45,905 nt of DNA from contig PFOE01000064.1 in assembly GCA_002792355.1 (NCBI GenBank), positions 1 to 45,905 of the forward strand, read 5' to 3'. This stretch comes from Candidatus Roizmanbacteria bacterium CG_4_10_14_0_2_um_filter_36_35. GTDB taxonomy: Bacteria; Patescibacteriota; Microgenomatia; UBA1406; GWC2-37-13. Made by a program: the position numbers and the translations under genes. Positions 27,862 to 38,493 of this stretch are shown here, one piece after another. The notes beneath the pieces were generated by a model that was given only the letters and a program-made list of their open reading frames with translations, made no database searches and had not been told where the DNA came from. Positions within the stretch are counted from its first letter, which is position 1, and every line of letters starts with the position of its first letter.

Positions 27862-27875
27862 CATATATGCTATAT
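27836..27875 (+). promoter_or_regulatory. Internal antitoxin promoter with palindromic operator
   Basis: TTGACA-17-TAGCAT; perfect 20-bp palindrome atatagcatatatgctatat at 27856-27875. Confidence 0.7.
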
Positions 27876-28164
27876 GAAAAGAAACCATCTAGATTTTGAT
27901 GTCTATAAAAAACAGGTTTTAAAAGATCCTAAGCTGAAAGCCGAGTACGATCGGCTTCAACCTGAATTTGCTTTTATTGACGCAATGATTAAAAGCCGAA
28001 CTAAATATGGATTAACACAAAAAGCTCTGGCTAAAAAAATCGGGACAAAACAGTCTGTAATCTCTCGCCTTGAGATAGGCCGTGCCAACCCAACTTTCTC
28101 TTTCCTCAAAAGATTGGCTAAGGCTTTAAACAGTAATTTAGAGATTCATTTTATTCCATCCTAA
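27874..28164 (+). CDS. XRE-family HTH antitoxin (HigA-like)
   Basis: GLTQKALAKKIGTKQSVISRLE.G.ANPT. Confidence 0.88.
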   Translation: MKRNHLDFDVYKKQVLKDPKLKAEYDRLQPEFAFIDAMIKSRTKYGLTQKALAKKIGTKQSVISRLEIGRANPTFSFLKRLAKALNSNLEIHFIPS

Positions 28165-28245
28165 ACTACATATACTCAACCTAAATCAATTCTTTTTTAT
28201 CAGGATTTCTTGTTGTAAAAGTCATTTTTGATGTATACTAATTTT

Positions 28246-29121
28246 ATGGAAAGGGTAAAAAACTTTTTTCGGCATTTATTTATACCAACCGAACACAATA
28301 ACTATCGGGCAAAATCGCTTCATACTGATTTCTTAGTAGTCTACTTAGTAATTGCTTTTGTAATGAGTATTGTCTTCAAAAAAATCGGCTATACCAATGT
28401 TTTGGGTTTTGCAACAGACATTAGCGTCGATAAACTTTATCAACTAACCAATCAGGAGAGAGAAAAAACTGGCCTTCCTGCTTTGACTTATAACGATAAA
28501 CTTTCTACCGCAGCTAGCCTTAAGGCTCAAGACATGTTTGCCAAAAACTACTGGGCGCATTTTGCCCCCGATGGAAAAACACCATGGGACTTTATCTTAA
28601 ATTCTGGTTATCAGTATGAATACGCCGGAGAGAATCTGGCGAAAAATTTTTTGTTTAGCGATGATGTTGTTTCCGCCTGGATGAACTCTCAGATCCACCG
28701 TGACAATATCCTAAAAAGAGAATATAGCGAAGTCGGTTATGCTGTCGTCAATGGTATGTTTAATGGTGAACAAACTACACTGGTAGTCCAGATGTTTGGT
28801 AAACCGATTATCTCGCCGATTGCCAAACAACCTACTAACCAACAACTAGCCATCAATCTAAACCAGGAAGTTAAAGCCGAGGAAATTCCTAATCTTGTCT
28901 TCGCCCAAAATAATCAAAAAAGTACTTTGAATTGGCCTGTTTTCACCTACAATATTAATGTTGCCTTCTTTGGTTTTCTTCTTTTGGCCTTGACGCTTGA
29001 TTTCTATTTCGCCGCCAAATTCCACATTATTAGAATCGGCGGGAAAAATCCGGCTCATTTTATTTTCATCTTGTTTATATTAATAGGTCTATTAATTGCC
29101 TCAAGAGGCGCCATTATTTAA
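28246..29121 (+). CDS. CAP/SCP domain membrane protein
   Basis: TNQERE, KAQDM...YWAH, AGENLA, WMNS..HRDNIL; ATG at 28246. Confidence 0.85.
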   Translation: MERVKNFFRHLFIPTEHNNYRAKSLHTDFLVVYLVIAFVMSIVFKKIGYTNVLGFATDISVDKLYQLTNQEREKTGLPALTYNDKLSTAASLKAQDMFAKNYWAHFAPDGKTPWDFILNSGYQYEYAGENLAKNFLFSDDVVSAWMNSQIHRDNILKREYSEVGYAVVNGMFNGEQTTLVVQMFGKPIISPIAKQPTNQQLAINLNQEVKAEEIPNLVFAQNNQKSTLNWPVFTYNINVAFFGFLLLALTLDFYFAAKFHIIRIGGKNPAHFIFILFILIGLLIASRGAII

Positions 29122-29124
29122 AAT

Positions 29125-29406
29125 ATGAAATACTTAACCAATCATTTTAAAAAAGAAATCCAAAGCCATACGTTTGATTATCTTCTTTTGATTACAGGGG
29201 GAATATTTTTCTTAGTGGCAGTAAACGTCTTCAAAGGCAAACGATTATTGGAATTTATTATTCTTTTGGCATTTACTTCTTTTTATATCATTTGGGGAAT
29301 CTACCACCACATAATCGAAGACAGCCTTCATTTGAAGATTGTGATAGAATATATCCTGATTGCTTTTACAATTTTATTTTTATTAAAAATTATTATTTTC
29401 CCCTAG
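29125..29406 (+). CDS. Hypothetical 3-TM membrane protein
   Basis: Hydrophobic ORF with YIIWGIYHH. Confidence 0.65.
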   Translation: MKYLTNHFKKEIQSHTFDYLLLITGGIFFLVAVNVFKGKRLLEFIILLAFTSFYIIWGIYHHIIEDSLHLKIVIEYILIAFTILFLLKIIIFP

Positions 29407-29438
29407 GTTCCTCCCCCGCCAAGCGGGGTCGGAATGAC
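29405..29438. repeat. Single family-A arm overlapping a stop codon
   Basis: agGTTCCtcccccgccaagcggggtcGGAATgac. Confidence 0.7.
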
Positions 29439-29452
29439 GGGGTGGACTAAAT

Positions 29453-30193
29453 ATGAAAGGTGTCATTCTGGCTGGCGGTCTAGCGACTCGACTTAGACCT
29501 TTAACTTGGGTAACTAACAAACACCTTCTTCCTATTTATAACAAACCGATGATTTATTATCCTTTAGAATCATTGGTAAAAGCAGGAATAAAAGAAATCC
29601 TCATATCGACTTCTCCCGACCATGCTGGCCAATTTGCCAATCTTCTTAAGAGTGGAGACGAATTCGGAGTCAAACTCTATTATTCTGTTCAAGAAAATCC
29701 AAAAGGCGGAATTGCTAATGCTATTGGTCTAGCCGAAGAATTTGCCAAAGGCGAAAAAATTACTGTAGTTTTAGGTGATAATATATTTAATTATGATCTC
29801 AAGTCAACTATAGAAAAATTTAAACAAAAAGAAAAGGGGGCCATGGTTTTTGGAATAAGAATGTTGGGAATGGAATCAAAACACTATGGGGTCATTGAAA
29901 TCGATAAATCCGGAAGGGTAATTTCAGTTGAAGAAAAACCTGAGAATCCAAAGTCTAATATTGCTCAAACTGGTATATACATTTATGACGAAAGGGTCTT
30001 TAATTTCATCAAGAAACAAAAGACTTCAAATCGTGGAGAATTAGAAGTAACCGATTTAAATAATTTTTATCTCAAAGAAGGTAGTTTGGAGTGTGCTCTT
30101 CTTGATTGGTGGATAGACGCCGGCACCTCTCATGATGAATTATTAAGAGCCAACAATCTCGTTGCTGAAAAAGTCAAAACAGGCCAACTTTAA
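29453..30193 (+). CDS. Sugar-phosphate nucleotidyltransferase (short RmlA/SpsI-like)
   Basis: GVILAGGLATRLRPLT..TNKHLLPIY, LGDN, EEKP, RGELEVTD. Confidence 0.88.
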   Translation: MKGVILAGGLATRLRPLTWVTNKHLLPIYNKPMIYYPLESLVKAGIKEILISTSPDHAGQFANLLKSGDEFGVKLYYSVQENPKGGIANAIGLAEEFAKGEKITVVLGDNIFNYDLKSTIEKFKQKEKGAMVFGIRMLGMESKHYGVIEIDKSGRVISVEEKPENPKSNIAQTGIYIYDERVFNFIKKQKTSNRGELEVTDLNNFYLKEGSLECALLDWWIDAGTSHDELLRANNLVAEKVKTGQL

Positions 30194-30195
30194 TT

Positions 30196-30489
30196 ATGGA
30201 CACGACTCTATTTTTATTAACTGCCGTTATAACCATAACCACGGTTCTTCTTGTTATTATTGGTCTCCAACTTGTGTTTGTTCTTAGAGAAATAAGATTA
30301 ACGGTAAAAAAAATCGGTGTTTTTGTCGAAGACTTGGAAAATATTGAGTCTAAAAAAGAAATTCCCGCCGAGAAAAAACAATTAATCAGAAAAAAACATT
30401 TAGCCCTTCATAGTATCTTGGACAAAATAAGAATTCTTTCACCAAGTCTGTCTTTGAAAACAAAAAAATTCTTTGTCAAAGAGAAATAG
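30196..30489 (+). CDS. Hypothetical protein with N-terminal TM
   Basis: ORF with hydrophobic N-terminus and charged tail. Confidence 0.55.
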   Translation: MDTTLFLLTAVITITTVLLVIIGLQLVFVLREIRLTVKKIGVFVEDLENIESKKEIPAEKKQLIRKKHLALHSILDKIRILSPSLSLKTKKFFVKEK

Positions 30490-30603
30490 ATTCACATTTG
30501 ACTTTCCAATTGACATATTGTATGCTATAATGGTTTCTTTATCCCCTATTGTATTTAGAGGGGTTTTTTGCTGTTAACAAAATCATTATCCTTTTCCTAT
30601 CCG

Positions 30604-33600
30604 ATGAATAAAACTGATAAGCCCCATATTAAACCCCAACGCCATCTCTCCTTCGGCAAAGAAGATCAAAAACTGGCTGAAATTGATTTGATCGAAGTAC
30701 AAAAAAAGTCTTGGAACTACTTTCTTGAAACAAGTTTAAAAGAAACACTGGCAGAATTTTTTCCTATCGACGATTACACCGGAAAAAAATTCACCCTCCA
30801 CTTTGACTATCTTTTCTTTGGCGAACCCCGTCATCCTCTAGAGCTTTGCCTTAAAAAGAAGCTCACCTATGATACCCCGGTTTATTTAAAACTAAGACTT
30901 CTCAACAAAAAAACCGGCAGCGAAAAAAAACAAGACGTCTATTTTTTTAACCTGCCCAAGATGACCAATAGAGGTACTTTTATCATCAATGGTATAGAAA
31001 GAGCAATTATCAATCAGATTGTCCGTTCTCCTGGAGTCTATTTTACTGCTAAGATAGACAAAACTACTGGATTAACCTTATATAACGCTGAGATAAGACC
31101 TTATATCGGCGCCTGGATCGATATCACCATCAATAAAAATAATCTCATCGAAATGAAAGTCAACAAGAAAAGAAAATTTTTGGCGACTGTATTTTTAAAA
31201 GCTTTTGACGGCGAAAACAATAACCAGCTTTTAAACCAATTTGATACTCTTGATAAAGAGCTATTGGAAAAATATATTTTACCTACTCTTAAAAAGGATC
31301 AAACCAAAAACAAGGATGAAGCTATATTAGAAATTTACAGAAAAGTCAGACCGGGTGAACCTCTAATATTAGACAACGCTTATGAAACTATTAATAATTT
31401 ATTTTTCAATCAAAGACGGTATTCTTTAGCCAACGTCGGTCGCTACAAAATTAATAAAAAACTCGGCGTCAATTTGGAAATTAATAAAGATAATCGTCTT
31501 CTCTCTAAAGTAGACGTCATCGAGACTATTAAATATTTAGTCAATCTTACTAATAATAAAGGTGAATTCGATAATATTGACCACCTTGGCAATCGTCGTC
31601 TGAGGACTGTCGGTGAATTGATTGCCATGTACGGCATCAGGGTTGGTATGGTCAGAGTCAGCCGTGAAATAAAAGAAAGAATGAGTTTGGTCACCGGCGA
31701 AACCAACATTATTCCATCTCAAGTCATGAATTCTAAGCCTTTAATCGTCGCCATCAACTCATTTTATCGAACCAGTCAACTGTCAACCATTGTCGACCAA
31801 ACCAATCCTCTTTCCGAACTTGATAATTTGAGAAGAATTACGGTCGGTGGACCGGGAGGCATTGAAAAAGAAAGAGCCTCATTCTCAATCCGGGACATTT
31901 CTTCTTCTCAATACAGCAGAATTTGTCCAATAAGAAGTCCTGAGGGACCCAATATCGGCGTCGTCACCTATATGGCTTTATACGCCAAAGTCAATAAGTA
32001 TGGATTTTTGGAAGCACCATATAAAAAAGTCATCAAGGGTAAAATTTCCTCTGACACCGTCTATCTCCAAGCTGATGACGAAGAAAAATTCTACATTACT
32101 TCTAATAATGTCGATGTTAATAACGAAGGCAAGATTACCAACCATACCGTAGTTGCCCGTTATCAGGGAGAAATTGTTGAAATTCCAGTTGAAAAGGTTG
32201 ATTTTATTGATGTTTCGCCCCGTCAGGTTGTTGGCGTTTCCGCATCTCTTATTCCATTTCTCCAAAATGACGATGCCTCACGTGCCCTGATGGGAACTCA
32301 TATGCAATGCCAGGCCGTACCGTTATTGTATCCTTCGGCTCCAATTGTTGGAACAGGACAAGAAGAAAAAATTAGCACCGCTCTAGGTCGAACTATCATC
32401 GCTCCTGAAGACGGTACCATTAAATACGTCGACGGGCAAAAAGTAATCTTTAAAGGAAAAAGCGGCAAAACTTGGGAATATCACCTGGAAAGATTTGTCC
32501 GCACTAATAAAGACGTTTTTTTCGATCAAAAACCAACTGTTGAACGCAGCCAAAAAATCAAGAAGGGAGAAGTTATTGTCAATGGTCCATCAACCGATAA
32601 AGGCCAGCTTGCTTTAGGACAAAATCTTATCGTTGCTTATACTTCTCTCAATGGACTTGGTTATGAGGATGGTTTTGTCATTTCGGAAAGGCTGGTTAAA
32701 GAAGACGTCTTAACATCAATTACAATCGAAGAATTTGTTGCTGATTTGGTTGATACCAAGCTTGGGCCGGAAGAATTGACAAGAGATATTCCAAACGTCA
32801 GAGAAGAAGTTTTAGCTAACTTAGATAAAGACGGTTTAATTGCCATCGGGACCAAAGTTACAGGCGGTGATATTCTGATAGGCAAGGTCGCTCCTAAAGG
32901 CGAAAAAGAACTGACCGCCGAAGAAAGACTGTTGAGGGCAATTTTCGGAGAAAAAGCCAAGGATATTAAAGATACTTCTTTAAGAATACCCTATGGCAAA
33001 CGGGGCACTGTTATTAATATCGAAACCATCGATGGTAAAAAAGATCCCAACGAACTCGAACCAAGCATCCTAAAAAGAATTATTGTCAATACAGCCCAAC
33101 TCAGAAAAATCTCTGTCGGCGATAAGTTGGCCGGAAGACACGGCAATAAAGGCGTCATCTCAAAAATTCTTCCCGAATGGGACATGCCCCACTTGGAAGA
33201 CGGAACTCCTGTCGACGTCATTTTGTCGCCTTTATCAATCCTTTCAAGAATGAATTTGGGACAGCTTTTTGAAAATCTATTGGGAACAATCGCCCGCAGG
33301 AATAATTTAAATATATCAATTCCTGTTTTTGAAAAAATTAAAGAAGAATTTATTACTCAAGAATTAAAGAAAGTCGGCTTGCCCATAGACAGTAAAGTCA
33401 CCCTTTTTGATGGTCAAACCGGTCTTCCTTACGAAAGAAAGGTTTTGGTCGGAACTATTTATATCATGAAGCTTATCCATATGGTCGAGGATAAGTTTCA
33501 CGCCCGGTCGATCGGCCCCTACTCTCTCGTCACCCAACAACCACTGGGCGGAAAATCTCAATTAGGAGGACAGAGATTTGGAGAGATGGAAGTTTGGGCT

Positions 33601-33795
33601 CTTGAATCCCACCGAGTTCCCTACACTCTTCAAGAATTATTGACGATTAAAAGTGATGACGTCCGAGGAAGAACAAAGGCTTTTGAATCGATTATCAAAG
33701 GAATTGACATACCTCAATCGTCAGTTCCAGAATCATTCCACGTCTTGGTAAAAGAATTAAACGCCTTAGGATTATCAATTGACTATATAAAATAA
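30604..33795 (+). CDS. rpoB: RNA polymerase beta subunit
   Basis: GTFIINGIER, GDKLAGRHGNKG, GGQRFGEMEVWA; ATG at 30604 preferred. Confidence 0.98.
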   Translation: MNKTDKPHIKPQRHLSFGKEDQKLAEIDLIEVQKKSWNYFLETSLKETLAEFFPIDDYTGKKFTLHFDYLFFGEPRHPLELCLKKKLTYDTPVYLKLRLLNKKTGSEKKQDVYFFNLPKMTNRGTFIINGIERAIINQIVRSPGVYFTAKIDKTTGLTLYNAEIRPYIGAWIDITINKNNLIEMKVNKKRKFLATVFLKAFDGENNNQLLNQFDTLDKELLEKYILPTLKKDQTKNKDEAILEIYRKVRPGEPLILDNAYETINNLFFNQRRYSLANVGRYKINKKLGVNLEINKDNRLLSKVDVIETIKYLVNLTNNKGEFDNIDHLGNRRLRTVGELIAMYGIRVGMVRVSREIKERMSLVTGETNIIPSQVMNSKPLIVAINSFYRTSQLSTIVDQTNPLSELDNLRRITVGGPGGIEKERASFSIRDISSSQYSRICPIRSPEGPNIGVVTYMALYAKVNKYGFLEAPYKKVIKGKISSDTVYLQADDEEKFYITSNNVDVNNEGKITNHTVVARYQGEIVEIPVEKVDFIDVSPRQVVGVSASLIPFLQNDDASRALMGTHMQCQAVPLLYPSAPIVGTGQEEKISTALGRTIIAPEDGTIKYVDGQKVIFKGKSGKTWEYHLERFVRTNKDVFFDQKPTVERSQKIKKGEVIVNGPSTDKGQLALGQNLIVAYTSLNGLGYEDGFVISERLVKEDVLTSITIEEFVADLVDTKLGPEELTRDIPNVREEVLANLDKDGLIAIGTKVTGGDILIGKVAPKGEKELTAEERLLRAIFGEKAKDIKDTSLRIPYGKRGTVINIETIDGKKDPNELEPSILKRIIVNTAQLRKISVGDKLAGRHGNKGVISKILPEWDMPHLEDGTPVDVILSPLSILSRMNLGQLFENLLGTIARRNNLNISIPVFEKIKEEFITQELKKVGLPIDSKVTLFDGQTGLPYERKVLVGTIYIMKLIHMVEDKFHARSIGPYSLVTQQPLGGKSQLGGQRFGEMEVWALESHRVPYTLQELLTIKSDDVRGRTKAFESIIKGIDIPQSSVPESFHVLVKELNALGLSIDYIK

Positions 33796-36700
33796 TGGAC
33801 GATGTTAATTTAGTTGATTTTTCCGGACTCAGAATTAGCCTGGCTTCACCGGAAGCGGTTATTAAGTGGTCGCATGGCGAGGTCATCAAACCAGAAACGA
33901 TCAATTATCGGACCTTTAGAACAGAAAAAGACGGTCTTTTTGATGAAAGGATTTTTGGACCAACAAAAGATTATGAATGTTATTGCGGCAAATATAAAAG
34001 AATGCGTTATAAGGGAATTGTCTGTGATCGTTGTGGAGTAGAAATTACCACATCCGCGGTCCGAAGAGAAAGAATGGGGCATATTAAGTTAGCTTCTCCT
34101 ATCGCCCACATTTGGTATTTCAAAGGCTCTTCTTCTGTGTTAAGCACCATCCTTGAGATTCCTCCTCAATCTTTGGAGCGAATCATCTACTATGCTCTTT
34201 ACTTAGTTAAAGAGGTCAATAAAGATGGACAAAAAAAGGCTGTCAAAACTATTGATGAAATACAAAAAGAAGAACTAAGTATCTTAGAAGAAATCCATAT
34301 AAAAGATGAAGAACAAATAAAACGGGGATTCGAAAAAGAATATATCGAACTTAAAGAGAAAATTACCAATAAAGAACAGTGGGAAATTACCAAACAGGAA
34401 ATCGATTTTAAACAAAGAGAGCAGCTAAAACTTTCTTCTAATCAATATGCCGAGAAAAAATCTAAAAAAGCGGGTTTCTTTGAAAGAATTTTAAAGATCA
34501 TTAAGTCTACTAAACCAGCCGATGCCATCGAAGAAGACGACTATCTTTTTCTTAAAGAAAAAAATATCGAGGACTTCTTAACTGTCGGCATGGGGTCAGA
34601 AGTAATCTTTGAAATGCTTTCTTCCTACGACGTCCAAAAAGAATATGAAGCTTCGTTAAAAAATTTATCTGAGGCGAAAGGAGAAAAAAGAAACAAGCTC
34701 TTAAAAAGAGTCAGAGTTCTTGAATCTTTTATTAAAGCAAAAATCGATCCTAAATGGATGGTATTAACAGTTTTACCAGTAATCCCGCCTGATTTGCGTC
34801 CGGTTGTCCAACTACCAGGAGGTAAGTTTGCCACTTCAGATCTCAACGACTTTTACCGAAGAGTTATTAATAGAAACAATCGCTTAAAGCAGTTGATTGA
34901 TCTGGGAGCACCGGAAATTATCTTAAGAAACGAAAAAAGAATGCTTCAAGAAGCAGTTGATTCTTTAATTGACTTGCAAAAATCACGAGGCCGTAGTCGG
35001 ACTCAAGGCGCCGCTTCAAAAATCCAAAAATCTCTTTCTGACATCTTAAGAGGAAAACAGGGTAGATTTAGACAAAATCTCTTAGGTAAAAGGGTTGACT
35101 ATTCTGGACGCTCAACTATTATTGTCGGTCCAGAATTAAAATTGGACCAAGTAGGCCTTCCTAAGGAAATGGCTCTTGAGCTTTTTAAACCCTTTCTTCT
35201 ACACGAAATCATTATTCGCGGTTTAGCTCCCAATATTAAAAGCGCTAAAAACTTTTTAGAGAAAAAAGAGCCAGCCATCTATGATATTCTCGAGGAAATA
35301 ACTAAAGAGCATCCTATTCTTCTCAATCGTGCTCCCACTCTTCATAAACTATCGATTCTTGGTTTTTATCCGGTCCTAACCGATGGTTATGCTATTAAAC
35401 TTCATCCGACGGTCTGTGCCGGTTACAATGCCGATTTTGACGGCGACGCCATGGGTGTTTTCTTACCTCTTTCAAAACAGGCCATAGACGAAGTTAAGGA
35501 AAGAATGCTGCCGTATTATAATCTTCTTAAACCAGCCGATGGTTCGCCGATCGTCCTTCCCAATAAAGAAATGGCTCTTGGTTGTTATTACCTAACCACT
35601 CTCGACGCCAACTACAAAAAAAAGAAAGATCAGGAATTAAAATACTTTGCTACTGAAGAAGAGGCTAATAACTTTTATCAACTGAGAAAAATCCAACTGA
35701 GGGAACCTGTTTTTGTGAAAATTGGACCTAAAGTAATTAAAACCTCAGTTGGAAGAATTATTTTTAACCAAGCTTTGCCTGCTGAACTGCGTTTTATCAA
35801 CGAAGATGTTAAGGCAAATGACCTCAAAGCCCTTATTATCAAAGCTATTAAGCTCTATGATGAAAAAACTGTGGGCAGTATCATCGATAGGCTTAAAGAT
35901 ATTGGATTCTGGGGCGCAACTGTTTCTGGAGGCCTGTCGGTTTCTATTTTCGACTGTCAAATGATCCCGGAAAAAAATCAAGTCATTGCCGAAACCGAGA
36001 AACAAATAGAAAAAGTCAGGAAAAATTTTGAACAAGGGTTATTGACCTTGGAGGAAAAAAGACGATATTCTAATAAGCTTTGGATTGATACAACAGAGCG
36101 CTTAGCTGATCAGACCTGGGCGGCTCTAAACGAAGAAAATCCCGTTAAAATTATTATTAAATCGGGAGGCGCTCGCGCTTCACGGGAACAACTAAAACAG
36201 CTTTCGGCGATGAAAGGATTAGTAGTCGATCCTTTGGGAAAAATTATCGAAGTTCCAACCAAATCTAACTACCGAGAAGGTCTGTCTATTTTTGAATACG
36301 TAATTTCTGCCCGAGGAGCAAGAAAAGGATTGACTGACTCGGCCTTAAAGACTGCTGATGCTGGTTATCTCACTCGAAGACTGGTTGACGTCGCCCACGA
36401 TATGATAGTTAGAGAAGAAGACTGTGGAACGACTGAAGGCTTAGAAGTTTCTGCCGGAAATAACCGCGGAGGAAAATTTAAAGAAAGGATTATCAGCCGC
36501 TTCGAAGCCAAAACCAACGAACTGATTACAGAAGACAAAGTCGTTTTTTTTGAAAAAGAGAAGGTAACAAAAGTAACAGTGCGCTCTCCGCTCTTTTGTA
36601 AATCACCATACGGAATTTGCCAAAAATGCTATGGCACTGATCTGTCAAACCATAAACTGGTTGAAGTTGGTACTCCAGTTGGCGTAACCGCTGCTCAGTC

Positions 36701-37535
36701 AATCGGCGAACCAGGCACCCAGCTAACAATGAGAGTGAGGCATTTTGGCGGTATTGTCATTTCCGATGTTACCCAAGGTTTGCCACGGGTTGAAGAGCTT
36801 TTTGAAACGAGAACGCCAAAGATTGTTTCGCCAATAAGCGAGATTGGAGGCAATGTTTCCATCCAAGAAGATACAGAAAAAGACATCTATCACATAAAAA
36901 TTGTTTCTAATAACAAAGAGGCGACCGTAAAAGAACAAGAGTTTGTTATTCCAAAATCCCAAAAACTAAAAGTCAAGGACGGTGATTTAATTGCAAGCGG
37001 TACTCCTCTCTCCGAAGGTTATTTGGACATTGACGATGTTTTGGCGATCAAAGGCCTGAGAGCGGCTCAAATTTATCTTTTAGATGAAATTCAAAAAGTT
37101 TACGAATCTCAAGGAATTGCTATTCACGATAAACACTTTGAAGTCATCATAAGAAAAATGAGCGATAAGGTAATTATCGACGACGAAGGCGACACGGCTT
37201 TTATAAAAGACGAGGTTGTTTCAAGAATTCGTTTTGAAGAAGAAAATAAACGAGTTCTGGCTAAAGGTGAAAAACCGGCCACCGGCAAGATTTCTATCTT
37301 GGGAGTTACTCGGGCCGCTATATATACTGATTCTTGGTTATCGGCCGCTTCTTTCGAACAGACCACCAATGTTTTAAGCTCGGCGGCGATAAAAGGCAGC
37401 GTCGATTACTTGTTGGGTCTAAAAGAAAATGTTATAATTGGCAGATTAATTCCGGTCAGTGCTCAATTAATTGAGAAATACTACGGTAAATTTTTAGGAA
37501 AATATGCCGACAATCAACCAGTTGATAAAAAATAA
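33795..37535 (+). CDS. rpoC: RNA polymerase beta' subunit
   Basis: CYCGKYK...CDRC zinc finger, [15 protein letters not shown]. Confidence 0.98.
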   Translation: MDDVNLVDFSGLRISLASPEAVIKWSHGEVIKPETINYRTFRTEKDGLFDERIFGPTKDYECYCGKYKRMRYKGIVCDRCGVEITTSAVRRERMGHIKLASPIAHIWYFKGSSSVLSTILEIPPQSLERIIYYALYLVKEVNKDGQKKAVKTIDEIQKEELSILEEIHIKDEEQIKRGFEKEYIELKEKITNKEQWEITKQEIDFKQREQLKLSSNQYAEKKSKKAGFFERILKIIKSTKPADAIEEDDYLFLKEKNIEDFLTVGMGSEVIFEMLSSYDVQKEYEASLKNLSEAKGEKRNKLLKRVRVLESFIKAKIDPKWMVLTVLPVIPPDLRPVVQLPGGKFATSDLNDFYRRVINRNNRLKQLIDLGAPEIILRNEKRMLQEAVDSLIDLQKSRGRSRTQGAASKIQKSLSDILRGKQGRFRQNLLGKRVDYSGRSTIIVGPELKLDQVGLPKEMALELFKPFLLHEIIIRGLAPNIKSAKNFLEKKEPAIYDILEEITKEHPILLNRAPTLHKLSILGFYPVLTDGYAIKLHPTVCAGYNADFDGDAMGVFLPLSKQAIDEVKERMLPYYNLLKPADGSPIVLPNKEMALGCYYLTTLDANYKKKKDQELKYFATEEEANNFYQLRKIQLREPVFVKIGPKVIKTSVGRIIFNQALPAELRFINEDVKANDLKALIIKAIKLYDEKTVGSIIDRLKDIGFWGATVSGGLSVSIFDCQMIPEKNQVIAETEKQIEKVRKNFEQGLLTLEEKRRYSNKLWIDTTERLADQTWAALNEENPVKIIIKSGGARASREQLKQLSAMKGLVVDPLGKIIEVPTKSNYREGLSIFEYVISARGARKGLTDSALKTADAGYLTRRLVDVAHDMIVREEDCGTTEGLEVSAGNNRGGKFKERIISRFEAKTNELITEDKVVFFEKEKVTKVTVRSPLFCKSPYGICQKCYGTDLSNHKLVEVGTPVGVTAAQSIGEPGTQLTMRVRHFGGIVISDVTQGLPRVEELFETRTPKIVSPISEIGGNVSIQEDTEKDIYHIKIVSNNKEATVKEQEFVIPKSQKLKVKDGDLIASGTPLSEGYLDIDDVLAIKGLRAAQIYLLDEIQKVYESQGIAIHDKHFEVIIRKMSDKVIIDDEGDTAFIKDEVVSRIRFEEENKRVLAKGEKPATGKISILGVTRAAIYTDSWLSAASFEQTTNVLSSAAIKGSVDYLLGLKENVIIGRLIPVSAQLIEKYYGKFLGKYADNQPVDKK

Positions 37536-37926
37536 AAGGACGAAAAGGAATAAAAAGTCAAAGTCGATTGCTTTGAAACAAGATTTCAATTCCTTGAAGA
37601 GAAGATATGTCAAAATCAATAATCCTTTTAAAAGAGGTGTTTGTACTGTGGTCCGTACCATGACGCCAAAAAAACCAAACTCAGCTCTAAGAAAAGTCGC
37701 CAGAGTAAGATTGTCAAACAAAATGGAGATAACTGCCTATATCCAAGGAGTCGGTCATAATTTGGCCGAACATTCAATCGTCTTGGTTCGCGGCAGCAGA
37801 GTCAAAGATTTACCAGGAGTCAAATACCATATTGTTCGCGGTAAATTTGATACTGCCGGTGTCGAAAACCGTACTTCTTCAAGATCAAAATACGGTACAA
37901 AGTCAGTTAAAGTAAAAACAACATAA
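37504..37926 (+). CDS. rpsL: 30S ribosomal protein S12
   Basis: [25 protein letters not shown]. Confidence 0.98.
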   Translation: MPTINQLIKNKRTKRNKKSKSIALKQDFNSLKRRYVKINNPFKRGVCTVVRTMTPKKPNSALRKVARVRLSNKMEITAYIQGVGHNLAEHSIVLVRGSRVKDLPGVKYHIVRGKFDTAGVENRTSSRSKYGTKSVKVKTT

Positions 37927-37928
37927 CC

Positions 37929-38402
37929 ATGCCGCGACGCAAATATAAAAAAATAAAAATAAAACCAGACAAAGTCTATAACAGCCAAGAAGTGGCCAAG
38001 TTAATAAGTTATCTTATGATAGACGGAGAAAAAACAGTTGCTGAAAAAATTGTTTACAACGCTTTAGACGAAATAAAAAAACAAGGGCAGGATCCTTTAA
38101 GAACTCTTCACCAGGCAATAGGCAATACTTCTCCCTCTTTCGAAGTCAAACCGCGTCGATTAGGAGGCGCCTCTTATTTAGTTCCAATCGAGGTAAGACG
38201 AGAAAGAAAACTTTTTCTGGCCTTAAATTGGATCATTGAAGCAGCGCGCTCTCGACCCAATAAAGAATACCATAGTTTCTCTAAAAAATTATTGGCGGAA
38301 GTTACTGAAGCTTCTAAAAACCAAGGGCAAGGAGTAGCTAAAAAGCAAGCGACAGAAAAATTGGCAGAAACCAATAAAGCATTCTCCCACTTAAAGTGGT
38401 AA
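37929..38402 (+). CDS. rpsG: 30S ribosomal protein S7
   Basis: MPRR, EVKPRRLGGASYLVP, AETNKAFSH. Confidence 0.97.
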   Translation: MPRRKYKKIKIKPDKVYNSQEVAKLISYLMIDGEKTVAEKIVYNALDEIKKQGQDPLRTLHQAIGNTSPSFEVKPRRLGGASYLVPIEVRRERKLFLALNWIIEAARSRPNKEYHSFSKKLLAEVTEASKNQGQGVAKKQATEKLAETNKAFSHLKW

Positions 38403-38405
38403 GTT

Positions 38406-38486
38406 AAGTCCATAAAGTCGTAAAGTTTATAAAGTCCATAAAGAAAAATACTTTATAGACTTTAAGGACTTTAAAGACTTTATAAA
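38406..38486. repeat. Inverted pair of ~9-mer tandem repeats
   Basis: (aagtccata/aagtttata)n followed by (ctttaagga/ctttaaaga)n; the same units occur at 10366-10400 and 26289-26316. Confidence 0.75.
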
Positions 38487-38493
38487 CTAAATT

